A DNA stretch of 64,000 bases from a virus. The notes below the pieces were generated by a model that worked only from the letters and a program-made list of their open reading frames with translations, was not told the origin of the DNA and did no database searches. The DNA lies in IMG/VR virus record IMGVR_UViG_3300038722_000002, positions 1-64,000 of that record. The stretch is one strand, 5' to 3'. Of the stretch, positions 47,573 through 57,500 are shown in pieces. Within the stretch, counting starts at the first letter, position 1. Every line of letters starts with the position of its first letter. The position numbers and the translations under genes are program-made.

Positions 47573-48328
47573 TTGGGAAAGCAAGATAAGCATTGTAATC
47601 AACGATCTAATAAACGTAAAGATAAACAGCGCAAAGGTGAACGTGAGATACGCGAGAAGTTTGTAGAGGAGAGGGTACATCGTGCGCCACCAATATTGGC
47701 GAAGACACAGAACCAACGTAAGTATATGCAGGTACTTCGTACAGAGAAGTTAATTGTATGTCGTGGAAGTGCGGGTGTGGGCAAGAGCTTTCTAAGTAGT
47801 GCTTTAGCAGGGGACGCCCTATTGCGCGGCGACATTAGTAAAGTGATTGTTTGCCGTCCCAATGTAGCTATGGGGGAGAGTATTGGGTATAGAAAGGGTT
47901 CTGACGAAGACAAATTATTTCCTTTTGTCCGCCCAATGCTAGATACGCTCAAGAAACGTATGGGTTCGGGTAGTTATGAAGTCGCTATAGCTAGTAAGCA
48001 GATCGAGATCCAAGCACTAGACGCCATACGAGGGATGTCTTTTGATGGTAACGTGGTAATACTGTGTGATGAGATGTCTAACTCAACACCTGCGGAAATC
48101 CGTAGTGTAGTAACTCGCCTCGGTGAGCAAGCCCAGATGGTCATTATGGGCGACCCCACACAGACAGATATACGAGGAGAGAATGGACTGGACTATATCT
48201 GTGGTCTAATAGAGAAATACGACATCCCCGATTCAGCTATTGTAGAGTTCACTTCTGCAGATATTGTACGTTCAGGTATTGCTAAGGCGTTTGTTACAGC
48301 CTTCGAGAAGGAGGGTGTTAATGGCTAA
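47573..48328 (+). CDS. phoH: PhoH-family ATPase
   Basis: GSAGVGKS, IRGMSF, DE..N, TRLG, GDPTQTD, DIVRS. Confidence 0.92.
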   Translation: MGKQDKHCNQRSNKRKDKQRKGEREIREKFVEERVHRAPPILAKTQNQRKYMQVLRTEKLIVCRGSAGVGKSFLSSALAGDALLRGDISKVIVCRPNVAMGESIGYRKGSDEDKLFPFVRPMLDTLKKRMGSGSYEVAIASKQIEIQALDAIRGMSFDGNVVILCDEMSNSTPAEIRSVVTRLGEQAQMVIMGDPTQTDIRGENGLDYICGLIEKYDIPDSAIVEFTSADIVRSGIAKAFVTAFEKEGVNG

Positions 48329-49085
48329 GAAACTAGACATACGTTCTGGGGATGTATTTGGGGATTATACCGTAGTCACTGAAGTACCCAAAACCCAACA
48401 GAACCAGAGGAGGTTTCTACTTCGTTGTGTTTGCGGTACAGAGAAAGAATTGGATCTCCCCTCTTTTAAGTACAATAATAGTGGGTGTGGGTGCCGTAGC
48501 ACAGATAAGATGGTAGCGTCAAAACTGAAGAGGGAGGATTTTCATGGTATGACAGGAAGCCCCGAATACAGGTCTTGGGCACGAATCAAGAGTCGGTGCT
48601 TCAATCCTAATAGTGCTGATTTTCCTGACTACGGGGGCAGGGGTATCACTATGTCCCAAGAGTGGCGGGATAGTTTCCCCAAGTTCTACGAACACATCGG
48701 CCCCAAGCCTTCCGATGGTAAGAGATACAGTGTAGACAGGGTAGACAACACCAAAGGATATGTACCTGATAATGTCAGGTGGGCTACGGACGCACAGCAG
48801 GCACGAAACCAGAACGGGAGGTCGAAAGCAAACACTACAGGGGTTACAGGTGTTTACTGGGACACTAAAGTACACCCGACTGGCAGGGATTCTACTCGGT
48901 ACGCCGTAGCGCAATGGGTATCTCTGGAGGGAGTCCGTAAGAAGAAATGCTTCTCGGTCAAAAAACTCGGAGAAGAACTAGCCTTCTTAGCAGCCTGCGA
49001 ATGCCGAGATAAGCAAATGACCTTGCTAAACTTACAAGGGGCAGGTTATACTGACCAGCACCTTAACAATAGGAGTTATACATGA
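48321..49085 (+). CDS. HNH homing endonuclease with AP2-like C-terminal domain
   Basis: CVCG, YGGRGI, SVDRVDNTKGY.P.NVRWAT...Q.RN, NTTGVTGV...FS.KK.G; ATG at 48321 after GGAGG. Confidence 0.85.
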   Translation: MAKKLDIRSGDVFGDYTVVTEVPKTQQNQRRFLLRCVCGTEKELDLPSFKYNNSGCGCRSTDKMVASKLKREDFHGMTGSPEYRSWARIKSRCFNPNSADFPDYGGRGITMSQEWRDSFPKFYEHIGPKPSDGKRYSVDRVDNTKGYVPDNVRWATDAQQARNQNGRSKANTTGVTGVYWDTKVHPTGRDSTRYAVAQWVSLEGVRKKKCFSVKKLGEELAFLAACECRDKQMTLLNLQGAGYTDQHLNNRSYT

Positions 49086-49369
49086 CAGGTGAAGTTGTAG
49101 GATTGAACGGTAAGACTTTCTCCCCAGAGGAGCAAATTAAACCTAACGAAAACTTAATCAATGTGTTAGAGTCCTACCTAGAAGATGCTAAATCGGGTAA
49201 ACTACAAGGATTCATAGGTGTAGGGAGGTGGCCTGATTCACAAAGCTACCCTCTCATCTTAGCAGGAGCGTTTGACGGAAACTCTCCGTACATCCTACTG
49301 GAAGCACTTAACGACCTAAAAGAACAAGTTAGGTTTCAGATGCTATACCCAGAGGAGATAGGTGAATGA
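49082..49369 (+). CDS. Hypothetical protein
   Basis: 95-aa ORF with AGGAG RBS. Confidence 0.7.
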   Translation: MTGEVVGLNGKTFSPEEQIKPNENLINVLESYLEDAKSGKLQGFIGVGRWPDSQSYPLILAGAFDGNSPYILLEALNDLKEQVRFQMLYPEEIGE

Positions 49370-49403
49370 GTTGTTTATTGAAATGTGAGGAGTAATTAAA
49401 TAA

Positions 49404-49715
49404 ATGCAGTATGTAAGGGGTCAGAAGGTGAGAGTCTTATCTGACGGGAAGATTACACTAGGAGAGATAGCATATCATCAACCCACTTGTCTCACATATA
49501 AAGTGAACATTGATGGTATGCTCGTCTCAGTCAACTACGAGGACATAATGAACGATCAGGATGAATCTGTAGCACTAGGTGTCTTGTGGGCACAAGCAAG
49601 GGACGAAGGGTGGCAAGGAATGATGTGTGATGCACAATTAGCTAAATTATTCCTAGACAAATGCGAAAAGGCTGGTATCATCACGCACACATCAAACAAA
49701 GGAGAAGAGAATTGA
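49404..49715 (+). CDS. Hypothetical protein
   Basis: 103-aa ORF with GAGGAG RBS. Confidence 0.7.
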   Translation: MQYVRGQKVRVLSDGKITLGEIAYHQPTCLTYKVNIDGMLVSVNYEDIMNDQDESVALGVLWAQARDEGWQGMMCDAQLAKLFLDKCEKAGIITHTSNKGEEN

Positions 49716-49918
49716 TCTACATGTTACTAGGAGCTATATACTTCATCTTCAACATCATCTCATTATGTACATTCTACAAAGGTATATGTCAAGGAGATAA
49801 TAAACTCAAGGTCTTAATCTTAACATTCGGTAGTGTGTTCTACGGTGTAGATAAACTCGTATTGGCATATTATGGGATTTCAGATTTCATTAAGAAAAAG
49901 CTTGCAAAGTCAGATTAG
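49712..49918 (+). CDS. Small membrane protein
   Basis: TTG start after AAGGAG; two hydrophobic segments. Confidence 0.55.
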   Translation: MIYMLLGAIYFIFNIISLCTFYKGICQGDNKLKVLILTFGSVFYGVDKLVLAYYGISDFIKKKLAKSD

Positions 49919-49972
49919 TCTATATATAATCCCCGCATTGATTGTCGAAAGGCAGTTGTGCGGGGATTTTTA
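49902..49972 (+). terminator. Terminator overlapped by a sigma70 promoter
   Basis: TTGCAA-17-TATAAT (49902-49930) runs into ATCCCCGCATTGATTGTC-GAAA-GGCAGTTGTGCGGGGAT-TTTT. Confidence 0.75.
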
Positions 49973-49998
49973 TTGTCTGTAATATGAGGAGAGAATGA

Positions 49999-50340
49999 AT
50001 GGAATATAAGAATACACAACATCTACAAGAGATGGATTTAAAGTGCTTTATGTTGAAATTGGGATATAAGCTATACTATTTCAGAAAATCATTTGAGAAT
50101 GTACATGTGTCACATTCTATGGCACCAGCGTTATCCTATAATACAGCAGTGATGTTATATAATACATGTACTTCGTGGTTGTTCGATGATACACTGCAAG
50201 TCAAATACCCGTTCACCAAGGAGGTGTTTGCAGAAGCTAGGTACGAGCGTGTATTCTCCCGTATTTACTTGCAAGGTTGTAAAAACGGTGAGATCAAATG
50301 CACTAAACACCAACTGAGGTTCAACTATGATCAAGTATGA
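49999..50340 (+). CDS. Hypothetical protein
   Basis: 113-aa ORF with GAGGAG RBS. Confidence 0.7.
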   Translation: MEYKNTQHLQEMDLKCFMLKLGYKLYYFRKSFENVHVSHSMAPALSYNTAVMLYNTCTSWLFDDTLQVKYPFTKEVFAEARYERVFSRIYLQGCKNGEIKCTKHQLRFNYDQV

Positions 50341-50521
50341 CCCTGTAGGCATAGAAACAGTCCGTCAATGTGCGGTGGACAGTTTAAATGAGTTCCACAT
50401 GTACCGAGAAAACTACACAGAAGATACCATGTGTTCTGAATCGTGGTTGGACTTGGGTGGTAAGTTTGTAGCCGATGGTTACTTCTATTTATTTATGAAA
50501 CAGGATGCTACTTATGAATAA
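50327..50521 (+). CDS. Hypothetical protein
   Basis: 64-aa ORF with GAGG RBS. Confidence 0.6.
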   Translation: MIKYDPVGIETVRQCAVDSLNEFHMYRENYTEDTMCSESWLDLGGKFVADGYFYLFMKQDATYE

Positions 50522-50696
50522 GAAACAATATGTACTATACCTTATCGACAACGCAGTAACGGATTTATTGTATTATGACCGCGAAGAGGATGCTCAGTTG
50601 GGTGTAGGGGAGATTGAACGTATGGTGAAAGAAGGTGAGATTACTTTAGACGAGATGTACAACGCATTTATTCGCTCACTAGGAGAACAAGTATGA
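50505..50696 (+). CDS. Hypothetical protein
   Basis: DLLYYDREED..L..GEIE motif; coupled to the ligase gene. Confidence 0.65.
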   Translation: MLLMNKKQYVLYLIDNAVTDLLYYDREEDAQLGVGEIERMVKEGEITLDEMYNAFIRSLGEQV

Positions 50697-51841
50697 CAGG
50701 TGAAACACCAATTCTATTCGGGCGTGACTCGAAAGGTAAACTCAAGCAATGGTTGATCTATACCGAAGGAGCTGATGTCATCATCCTACACGGTCAAGTA
50801 GGTGGTAAGCAAGCTGAGTCTCGTACCACGAGTGTCGGTAAAAACATTGGACGTTCAAATGAAACATCCCCTGAACAACAAGCAGAGCTAGAAGCAAAGG
50901 CTAAGTGGAATAAACAACTCAAGAAGGACTATGCCCTATCTATAGAGGAAATCCCTGAGTCTACCCTCCCACACCTTGCTACCAAACTACAGGATAAGGC
51001 CCATACGCTGAATTACGATGCTGGTGTTGATGTTCTCTGTAAGAAGGATGGTGTACGCATGTCTGCCTTCCTAAAGGATGGTGTAGTATTCTTCCAGAGT
51101 CGAGGTGGTGAGGAATATCCGATCATACGTGAAATAGTTGATGAATTGTGGAGAGTATATTTCAGTAAGAATGCAAACTATGTGGTCGATGGTGAAATCT
51201 ATTGCCACGGTATGCACCTAGAGGATATTACCTCTGCTGTCAAGAAGCACAATGAGAACACACATAAGCTAGAGTTCCACGTGTTCGATCTTATTGATAA
51301 AACTAAGCCAGAGCAGCCTTGGTGTGAACGGTATGAACAATACATAAGTCTATGGTTGGAAGCCCGACCTTATATATCACGGATAGCTGTCATCGCAGCA
51401 CACCCAGTACGTAACTCGGATGATGTTTACACACTACACGATGAGTTTGTAGATGATGGATATGAAGGCATTGTTCTACGTCCTCATAATGGTGTAAACT
51501 CTTTCGGGAACCGTACAGCAGACTTCATCAAGTATAAGAAGCGTAAGGATGCTGAGTTCCGTGTGGTTAAATTCACAGTCGATAAGAAGAATCGTGCTAT
51601 CCCTCACTGTGAAGTTGATACAGAGGTTGGTGTCAAGACCTTCAAAGCCCCTATGATCGGCTCAGACGAACGTATACAAGCTCTATGGCAGGAATACTTA
51701 GATAACAACTCAACACTTCCAGAACACCGTCAATGGTTGACTTGTGAGTTTGAGAACTACTCTAAATACGGAGTCCCTGTTAAAGTTAAAGGTGCTAGTT
51801 TCCGTGACTGTGACAAAGAGACAGGTGAACCACTTGAGTAA
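50693..51841 (+). CDS. ATP-dependent DNA ligase
   Basis: KKDGVR (KxDG), VDGEIY, FHVFDL, YEGIVLR, IKYK. Confidence 0.9.
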   Translation: MTGETPILFGRDSKGKLKQWLIYTEGADVIILHGQVGGKQAESRTTSVGKNIGRSNETSPEQQAELEAKAKWNKQLKKDYALSIEEIPESTLPHLATKLQDKAHTLNYDAGVDVLCKKDGVRMSAFLKDGVVFFQSRGGEEYPIIREIVDELWRVYFSKNANYVVDGEIYCHGMHLEDITSAVKKHNENTHKLEFHVFDLIDKTKPEQPWCERYEQYISLWLEARPYISRIAVIAAHPVRNSDDVYTLHDEFVDDGYEGIVLRPHNGVNSFGNRTADFIKYKKRKDAEFRVVKFTVDKKNRAIPHCEVDTEVGVKTFKAPMIGSDERIQALWQEYLDNNSTLPEHRQWLTCEFENYSKYGVPVKVKGASFRDCDKETGEPLE

Positions 51842-52013
51842 CCTAATAGAAGTCAAAGGAAGGGGTTGTTATTGTCGTATATGTGACTACATTATCCCAA
51901 TAGGAACAGTAGCTCTTATGGTGGAAGGACGTAAAGAATGTTTGCGTGTATGTAAGGAGTGTGTTACTTTAGCGGCTATTGAAATTTCAAACAACGAGGA
52001 GACGGATGAATGA
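51834..52013 (+). CDS. Small Zn-finger protein
   Basis: CRIC...CKEC; likely TTG start at 51834. Confidence 0.55.
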   Translation: MSNLIEVKGRGCYCRICDYIIPIGTVALMVEGRKECLRVCKECVTLAAIEISNNEETDE

Positions 52014-52567
52014 ATAAAACAAAACCACCCAAGGATAGAGAGTTTCTAGGATTAGTTAATCACAACAGTCCGTATTGGGATATATTCTTTTACGGCAGGA
52101 AGGAGGATGGTGTGCCTAAAGCTGAGTTTGTAGATAGGGGGGGTTATTCTCTATGCCCAAGCTTATCGGGTGGGAAGAGTTGCCTGTTATGGAGGATGTC
52201 TGAGGTGATTAAACTAATCATAGCAGGTGGTAGAGATTTCAATCGTGTCTTAACCCTCAAACGTGAAATGTTAAACTACGACACAACATCATTGGAAGTT
52301 GTCTGTGGTGGTGCCAAGGGAGCAGACACCTACGGTGAACGCTGGGCTAAGAAAAATAATGTCCCTATCAAGTACTTCCTTGCAGAATGGGATAAATATG
52401 ACAACGCTGCTGGGTATATCCGTAATCGACAGATGGCTGAATATGGAACACACTTACTAGCCTTCTGGGACGGAGAGAGTAGAGGAACTAAGAATATGAT
52501 TGACACAGCTACAGAATTAGGTTTAAATGTGCAAATCGTAATGTATAACAACAGGAGTTTAGTATGA
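52010..52567 (+). CDS. YspA/DUF2493 SLOG-family protein (N-terminal 60 aa probably a separate gene fused at a G7 tract)
   Basis: IIAGGRDF, CGGAKGAD, AGYIRNRQM, FWDGESRGTKNMI. Confidence 0.8.
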   Translation: MNKTKPPKDREFLGLVNHNSPYWDIFFYGRKEDGVPKAEFVDRGGYSLCPSLSGGKSCLLWRMSEVIKLIIAGGRDFNRVLTLKREMLNYDTTSLEVVCGGAKGADTYGERWAKKNNVPIKYFLAEWDKYDNAAGYIRNRQMAEYGTHLLAFWDGESRGTKNMIDTATELGLNVQIVMYNNRSLV

Positions 52568-53025
52568 GACACACAGGACGTAAAGGGTGGCAAGCGTCAT
52601 ATAAAGACACATGGAGTTTAGATGCTACACTATCTCCTATCATCCTTGCGGGTTTGATTAAGTTTAAGCAGGTTATTACCAGTGATGAGAAAAAGCACTA
52701 TATTGGTGTTCCCAGTGAGCATGTTACATGGGAACCCGACACATATTCAGAAGAGATATGGTATGAAGCATTATCTACGTGGTTAGCCGATATCGACAAG
52801 ATGATATACGCATTCAGGAATATAGAGCCTGAGTATGTTGGAGGATGGAAGGATGGATCAGAACACGAGGATGATGACCTAGAAACAGGATACCGTCTGT
52901 GGCATAGGATACCATGTGATGAAGAAGCACATGCTGCATATCTGAAAGCAAAGACTGAACATGTAGATATGGTAAAAGAAGGACGTGAACTCTTCGCTAA
53001 ACATTATGATTCCCTATGGTGGTGA
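52564..53025 (+). CDS. Conserved phage hypothetical protein
   Basis: DTWSLD..L..II...L..F...GVP...W...IDKMIYAF...G..LF..HY..LW. Confidence 0.75.
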   Translation: MRHTGRKGWQASYKDTWSLDATLSPIILAGLIKFKQVITSDEKKHYIGVPSEHVTWEPDTYSEEIWYEALSTWLADIDKMIYAFRNIEPEYVGGWKDGSEHEDDDLETGYRLWHRIPCDEEAHAAYLKAKTEHVDMVKEGRELFAKHYDSLWW

Positions 53026-53026
53026 T

Positions 53027-53236
53027 ATGACACCTGAATGGTACGATAGCATCAAACTAACTATACAAGAAGGCCCTCCCACACAGGAGAAGGTGGTGTA
53101 CAAGGATGTAGATAACCCCACATATGAGGAACTGCTTGAGGAGCTAGAAAGGGCTTGTACCCTAGAGGCGTATGAGCTATTATCTACACATAAGAAGATT
53201 AAGTGGGATGGGAATATATTACAGGAGCGAGATTGA
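53027..53236 (+). CDS. Hypothetical protein
   Basis: ATG at 53027 directly after the upstream stop; ORF track 52985-53236. Confidence 0.6.
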   Translation: MTPEWYDSIKLTIQEGPPTQEKVVYKDVDNPTYEELLEELERACTLEAYELLSTHKKIKWDGNILQERD

Positions 53237-53577
53237 TGATTGATACAATAGCTAGGCCCAACTATACTAAAATCCGAGAAGAAGCTTTATCTCATACGCC
53301 ACCAGACAGGGAGGCTATCCGTAAATATAGCGGAATCCCCGCAGGCTGGGACAGTTTGATTCCTGAGATACAAGCCTTATGGGGTGATGATCTAATGCAA
53401 GCTAAAGAGAAGTTTGGTCAACTACGAATATCCCCATCTTTAGATGCGTGTCCTGTTACGACTGAACTACAAAACAGAGCTAGGTTTATGTGCATGGAGT
53501 GTGGTAGCCATGCAGAGTACTTCCAACAAACAGGGTGGGTTGGGCCTATATGCAAGAGGTGTATAATCAATGGATGA
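53236..53577 (+). CDS. Hypothetical protein with C-terminal Zn ribbon
   Basis: GW...QAKEKFGQLRI...CMECG...W..ICKRC. Confidence 0.7.
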   Translation: MIDTIARPNYTKIREEALSHTPPDREAIRKYSGIPAGWDSLIPEIQALWGDDLMQAKEKFGQLRISPSLDACPVTTELQNRARFMCMECGSHAEYFQQTGWVGPICKRCIING

Positions 53578-53743
53578 ATTAATTATAACACGGTTCCTGA
53601 GAGAGAACCTAGTTGTCCGTATAAGCAAGGAATATGGGAGTTACAGTGTGCCAGATGCGTTACATATTAACATCTCGATAGGAGATGAAATAATAACAGA
53701 AGATTATATTGACATAGAGGACATAACAACTAGCTATGATTAG
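53570..53743 (+). CDS. Small hypothetical protein (57 aa)
   Basis: GAGGT RBS; MDELIITRFLRENL...; fills the gap. Confidence 0.6.
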   Translation: MDELIITRFLRENLVVRISKEYGSYSVPDALHINISIGDEIITEDYIDIEDITTSYD

Positions 53744-53757
53744 ACGGGAGACTGCAC

Positions 53758-54438
53758 ATGTTTAATTGGGGTAAAACACAGAAGAATGTATCGGAGCCTG
53801 TGGCTGAAATCATACGTCTACTAGAGGAGGAGATATCTACACTTCATGATGTGGGGCCGTCTATCCTACGAAGATGGAACGTCTCTTATGTTGACGAGAG
53901 AAAGAGAGAGTTCTCCGTGGCAGATATTACCAAAGGGTTGTACTATACAAACCACACATCATGGTTAACCTCTCAGGAGGTTGAACAACTATTCTGTGTC
54001 TGTCATAAGTACCATGTGCTAGAACAACTACAACAAGACATCATCAAACGACATGATGAACTCGTAGTACAAGAGACTCTTGAGATACCTGAGATCGAAG
54101 CAGTATTAATCCGTGACATGGAACAGGCTGTGGAGTCACAAAAGGAGAGTGATCTTTATGATTATAGGGAATATCACATTTACCTTCCCTATATAATGAA
54201 AAAGGGCTTTGCTTTTAAGCTGCACCCCGACATCACAACCCACTCACGACACGGTATACCACTGACTCCGTACACCATAGTACATCTCAGCCTAGAGGCT
54301 AGTGGCCGTCTCCTAGAATTGACAAAACGTATGTCACAAAAGGAAGAACGAGCGTATGTTGTAAGACGACAGAAGAGAGCACAAGATGAAAGGCAGTGTA
54401 TTATGGAACGATATTTTGAGGAGATAGAGAATGACTAA
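53758..54438 (+). CDS. Hypothetical protein
   Basis: 226-aa ORF with GGAG RBS. Confidence 0.7.
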   Translation: MFNWGKTQKNVSEPVAEIIRLLEEEISTLHDVGPSILRRWNVSYVDERKREFSVADITKGLYYTNHTSWLTSQEVEQLFCVCHKYHVLEQLQQDIIKRHDELVVQETLEIPEIEAVLIRDMEQAVESQKESDLYDYREYHIYLPYIMKKGFAFKLHPDITTHSRHGIPLTPYTIVHLSLEASGRLLELTKRMSQKEERAYVVRRQKRAQDERQCIMERYFEEIEND

Positions 54439-54757
54439 AGACGAACAAATATACGACATCATCAACAACTTTGACTTTGACAAAGTACATAAGGTTATGG
54501 TATTCTTAGATTGGAAGTGGTTACAAATGAGGGGACTAGAAACACCGTCTATCCCTCAACTCAAAGATAAGGCTTACGAGTTGCTATCAAGAGTATATGA
54601 CAACACAGACTCCCTAACACCCTATAGCCTACGAACAGGAGGACTATGTGCTAGTGGAGTATACTACGAAGACACAAACGAACTAAGCTTAGAACTCATA
54701 TTTGAACTAACAGGGTGGATGCATAGTGTGATACACGTACCTACCAAAGCCCCATAG
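54431..54757 (+). CDS. Conserved phage hypothetical protein
   Basis: IINNFDFDKVHKVM..LDWKW...P....L...TGG motif. Confidence 0.75.
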   Translation: MTKDEQIYDIINNFDFDKVHKVMVFLDWKWLQMRGLETPSIPQLKDKAYELLSRVYDNTDSLTPYSLRTGGLCASGVYYEDTNELSLELIFELTGWMHSVIHVPTKAP

Positions 54758-54762
54758 CTTAG

Positions 54763-54870
54763 CAGCCCCTACAAGCCGTTTTAAGGCACATTTCACACCA
54801 CCCTATACAATCACACTAGCAAACCCCTAAACGCTCCCTATGGACGTTCTAGGGCTGCTGTGAGGCATCC
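54763..54870 (-). repeat. Periodic element (strong-gyrase-site-like), inverted relative to 60345-60450
   Basis: Reverse complement contains CCTTAAAACGGCTTGTAGGGG and GGGAGCGTTTAGGGG. Confidence 0.55.
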
Positions 54871-55113
54871 TAATATACTCTACTCTCATATATAGTACAG
54901 GAACACCTCCTCCACCTAAAGGGATAACCCCCTTATTCCCTCCCAAATATCCTCACACACAACCTCTTCCCCAATAATAGCAACACATTCCCTGTAAGGA
55001 CACGCCGACACAAACCCCCTCAATATACCCCAAATATCCACATATCTACCACTAAATTATATGTAGCACATTAATTCCCCACCAAAAATCTAATATTCCC
55101 TCCTAAAATATCC

Positions 55114-55194
55114 TTGACACCTACCATCACATATATGAAAATATCAAATAGCTGAGAGTAGTCTCAGGAGACAACCACACCCCCTGCCTCAAAT
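55114..55194 (+). promoter_or_regulatory. Promoter plus 48-nt unit, copy A
   Basis: TTGACA-17-GAAAAT-N4-AATAGCTGAGAGTAGTCTCAGGAGACAACCACACCCCCTGCCTCAAAT. Confidence 0.55.
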
Positions 55195-56124
55195 AAAAAT
55201 ATCAACAACAACACAATGAGGGCATCCTCCGTTCGCCCGTTCAGGAATATCATGTTATCAATGATAGAGATAATAAGGACATGTCAGCGGCTAACCTCCC
55301 CAACATACTCCCCCAACTACCTCCTCCCCGCATATATGTGATTGTAAGATGGTAGGAGAATGGCGAAGCATTCTCATAGGTGGGACACAGGGGTAGGGTT
55401 GTACCCCTGTATACAGTATAAGGAGATAATACTCTAGGGGAGCGTATAGGCAGGCAGAATGCGGTGTGTAGACGTGTTGTGTGGTGATATTCCTAGTGCT
55501 CATTTCTAATAATAGATTCAATATTTAGCTGTTTAACACCCTACCACACCTCCTATAGAAAGTCATTATAATTCTAAAATATCCTTAGAACCATTAGCTA
55601 TATCCCCCGACAATATTCCCCCATATACCTTATATACCCCTTTTATGTTCCCCCTTATAACCTTTTGTTATACAGTTCGCATAACATAGATTATGTTAAA
55701 TAGCCTATAACGATATTATTTGATGAACCATATGTTGGTACATATAAACCATAATATGGTACATAGATATAACTAATAGTTATAACAACTTCAAGGCGCT
55801 ACTACCATTGTATCATAAGAGGATATTTGAGGTAAAGTGGAGTTTTATACCTATTTGTTATATAAAATGAGGTGTTAAGTGGGAAATGGTATAAGAAAAA
55901 GGGCGATTATTGTTGACTTTGTGGGGTTTGTGGTGTTAAACATATAGGGGGATATAATATTGTTAGGATATTATCAACATATTGGGTATAATATTATCAA
56001 CATATAGTGTACATATTGGATAGAATATATATACATATCACATAGAATATTGATAACATATACGCACTAGAATATATACCCCCAGCATATGCACCCCTGT
56101 ATATTATCCCCATTACTATTATAT

Positions 56125-56253
56125 GCGTCTATATAGACGCCTACCCTCTATACACCTTTTAAGGTGTAACACAACTCACACCCCAGCACTCGCTCCCCCT
56201 AACATTGCTCCCCCTATATGGCAATACCACTATATAAGCGTCTATATAGACGC
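56125..56253. repeat. Two copies of a perfect 16-bp palindrome GCGTCTATATAGACGC
   Basis: At 56125-56140 and 56238-56253. Confidence 0.9.
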
Positions 56254-56485
56254 ATAGTAGGGCAGGCGGCAAGGTTAGCCGCTATCATACCTCTAAACGC
56301 CTATATCTACCTATCATACCTCTCTCACTAACACAACGCCCCTAGAACGTCCTCTATTGCGTTCTAAGGGCGTTGTAAGGTTGGGCTTTACGTTAGTATT
56401 AGATTGTCCCTAAACGCTCTGAATAGCTATAGGTTATAAGCGTGAGGGTTGTTAGAACTAAATGTTATATTAAATTGTAGGTGTT

Positions 56486-56508
56486 AAAAAGCCGCTTAAT
56501 AGCGGCTT
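56486..56508 (-). terminator. Terminator at the end of the early gene block
   Basis: AAGCCGC-TTAATA-GCGGCTT preceded by AAAA (U-tract on -). Confidence 0.75.
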
Positions 56509-56522
56509 GTGTGTGGGGGGTG

Positions 56523-56756
56523 TCATTTTGTTTTCTTGGCTTCTCTATAGTCTTCTCGCATGTCTTTAATAGTGTGTCCGATAGGGGCGATCATTGTAGC
56601 AGTGTAATAATCATAATTATCCTCTATACAAATCATGTAATACCCCCAGTCATAAAGTGATGCTAGCACGTTGTTTACTGCCGCATTTTCCGACTGCTTA
56701 AAATCTAAGTAGAAGCAACCGCTTGAGTCCAGTGTACTGCTATATCTTGCTTTCAT
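56523..56756 (-). CDS. Early hypothetical protein
   Basis: 77-aa ORF with own promoter at 56796-56823 (TTGTGT-16-TACAAT). Confidence 0.7.
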   Translation of the reverse strand: MKARYSSTLDSSGCFYLDFKQSENAAVNNVLASLYDWGYYMICIEDNYDYYTATMIAPIGHTIKDMREDYREAKKTK

Positions 56757-56880
56757 AATCTTTAGTCCGTTTGGTTTGTTGCTTAACTGGTACCCATTGT
56801 ACAGGAACCAACTAAGGACACAACACCTCTCTTAGAATAAAAAGGAATAGTAACCCTCTCGTTTATAACAAGAGGGTATA

Positions 56881-56960
56881 TAGAGCGTTTAGCCTTAAAG
56901 TAATACCATCGTAAGGGGTAGCTCTAAACTCGCTTAAAACGGCTTACAGGGCGTTCTAAG
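56881..56960 (+). repeat. Periodic element (strong-gyrase-site-like)
   Basis: 56921-56951 matches 60418-60448 at 30/31 nt. Confidence 0.6.
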
Positions 56961-57039
56961 ACTATTGGACGCATAGGTTTATAACAGCCCCTAACAATAT
57001 TAACGGTACAATGTAGTTGATCATAAAAACACCCCCTCT

Positions 57040-57279
57040 TTATGCCGCTTGTAACAACTTGCGAACCATGCGCGAATCTAAGACGCGCCCTTGTGCGTTT
57101 CTATACTCAAAGCCGCCCACTATGTCGGGACGGTGGCGCACTGCTAAGCATGGAACACCTTTAGCGTTTACCACGTGGGCTACAGTATGCTTTAGAATGG
57201 CGGTTTTACGTAGCGCGCCCCCTAGACGACAGCGAAAATTAGGTGACGATAGAGCGGCTTTTAATGCTGTATAATTCAT
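57040..57279 (-). CDS. Early hypothetical basic protein
   Basis: 79-aa ORF with AGGA RBS and TAATG coupling. Confidence 0.7.
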   Translation of the reverse strand: MNYTALKAALSSPNFRCRLGGALRKTAILKHTVAHVVNAKGVPCLAVRHRPDIVGGFEYRNAQGRVLDSRMVRKLLQAA

Positions 57280-57416
57280 TATTTAGTTCCTACGTTGATA
57301 GATTGTTCTAATTGAGCGGCGCGTCCTTCTAGTACGTTTACGGCGCTTGTGGAAGCTTCAAAAGCGCCAAAAAATTGTGCTGATGCAAGTGCGATAACAG
57401 CGAGAATTGTTTTCAT
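57279..57416 (-). CDS. Small protein with signal-peptide-like N-terminus (45 aa)
   Basis: MKTILAVIALASAQFFGAFEAS...; downstream of promoter 57470-57497. Confidence 0.6.
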   Translation of the reverse strand: MKTILAVIALASAQFFGAFEASTSAVNVLEGRAAQLEQSINVGTK

Positions 57417-57469
57417 AATGTTGGCCTTTAAAGTTTGTTTGTTAGGCGTTATTGCCTTCAGTGGTTTCT

Positions 57470-57497
57470 ATTATACATGAGCCGCATCATCATACAA
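57470..57497 (-). promoter_or_regulatory. Early sigma70 promoter
   Basis: TTGTAT-16-TATAAT on -. Confidence 0.65.
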
Positions 57498-57500
57498 GGG

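Larger units (their letters stand above)
54871..56520. other. Gene-free low-complexity region, probable genome terminus / terminal-repeat boundary
   Basis: About 1.6 kb without a credible CDS between convergent gene blocks; C-run/AATATCC patches switching to G-run patches; palindromes. Confidence 0.55.

Noticed and set aside
55291-55521. 76-aa ORF in the gene-free region (also 60175-60372, 40520-40750, 40659-40853)
   Set aside because: No RBS, unnatural composition, and overlap with repeat or structured DNA
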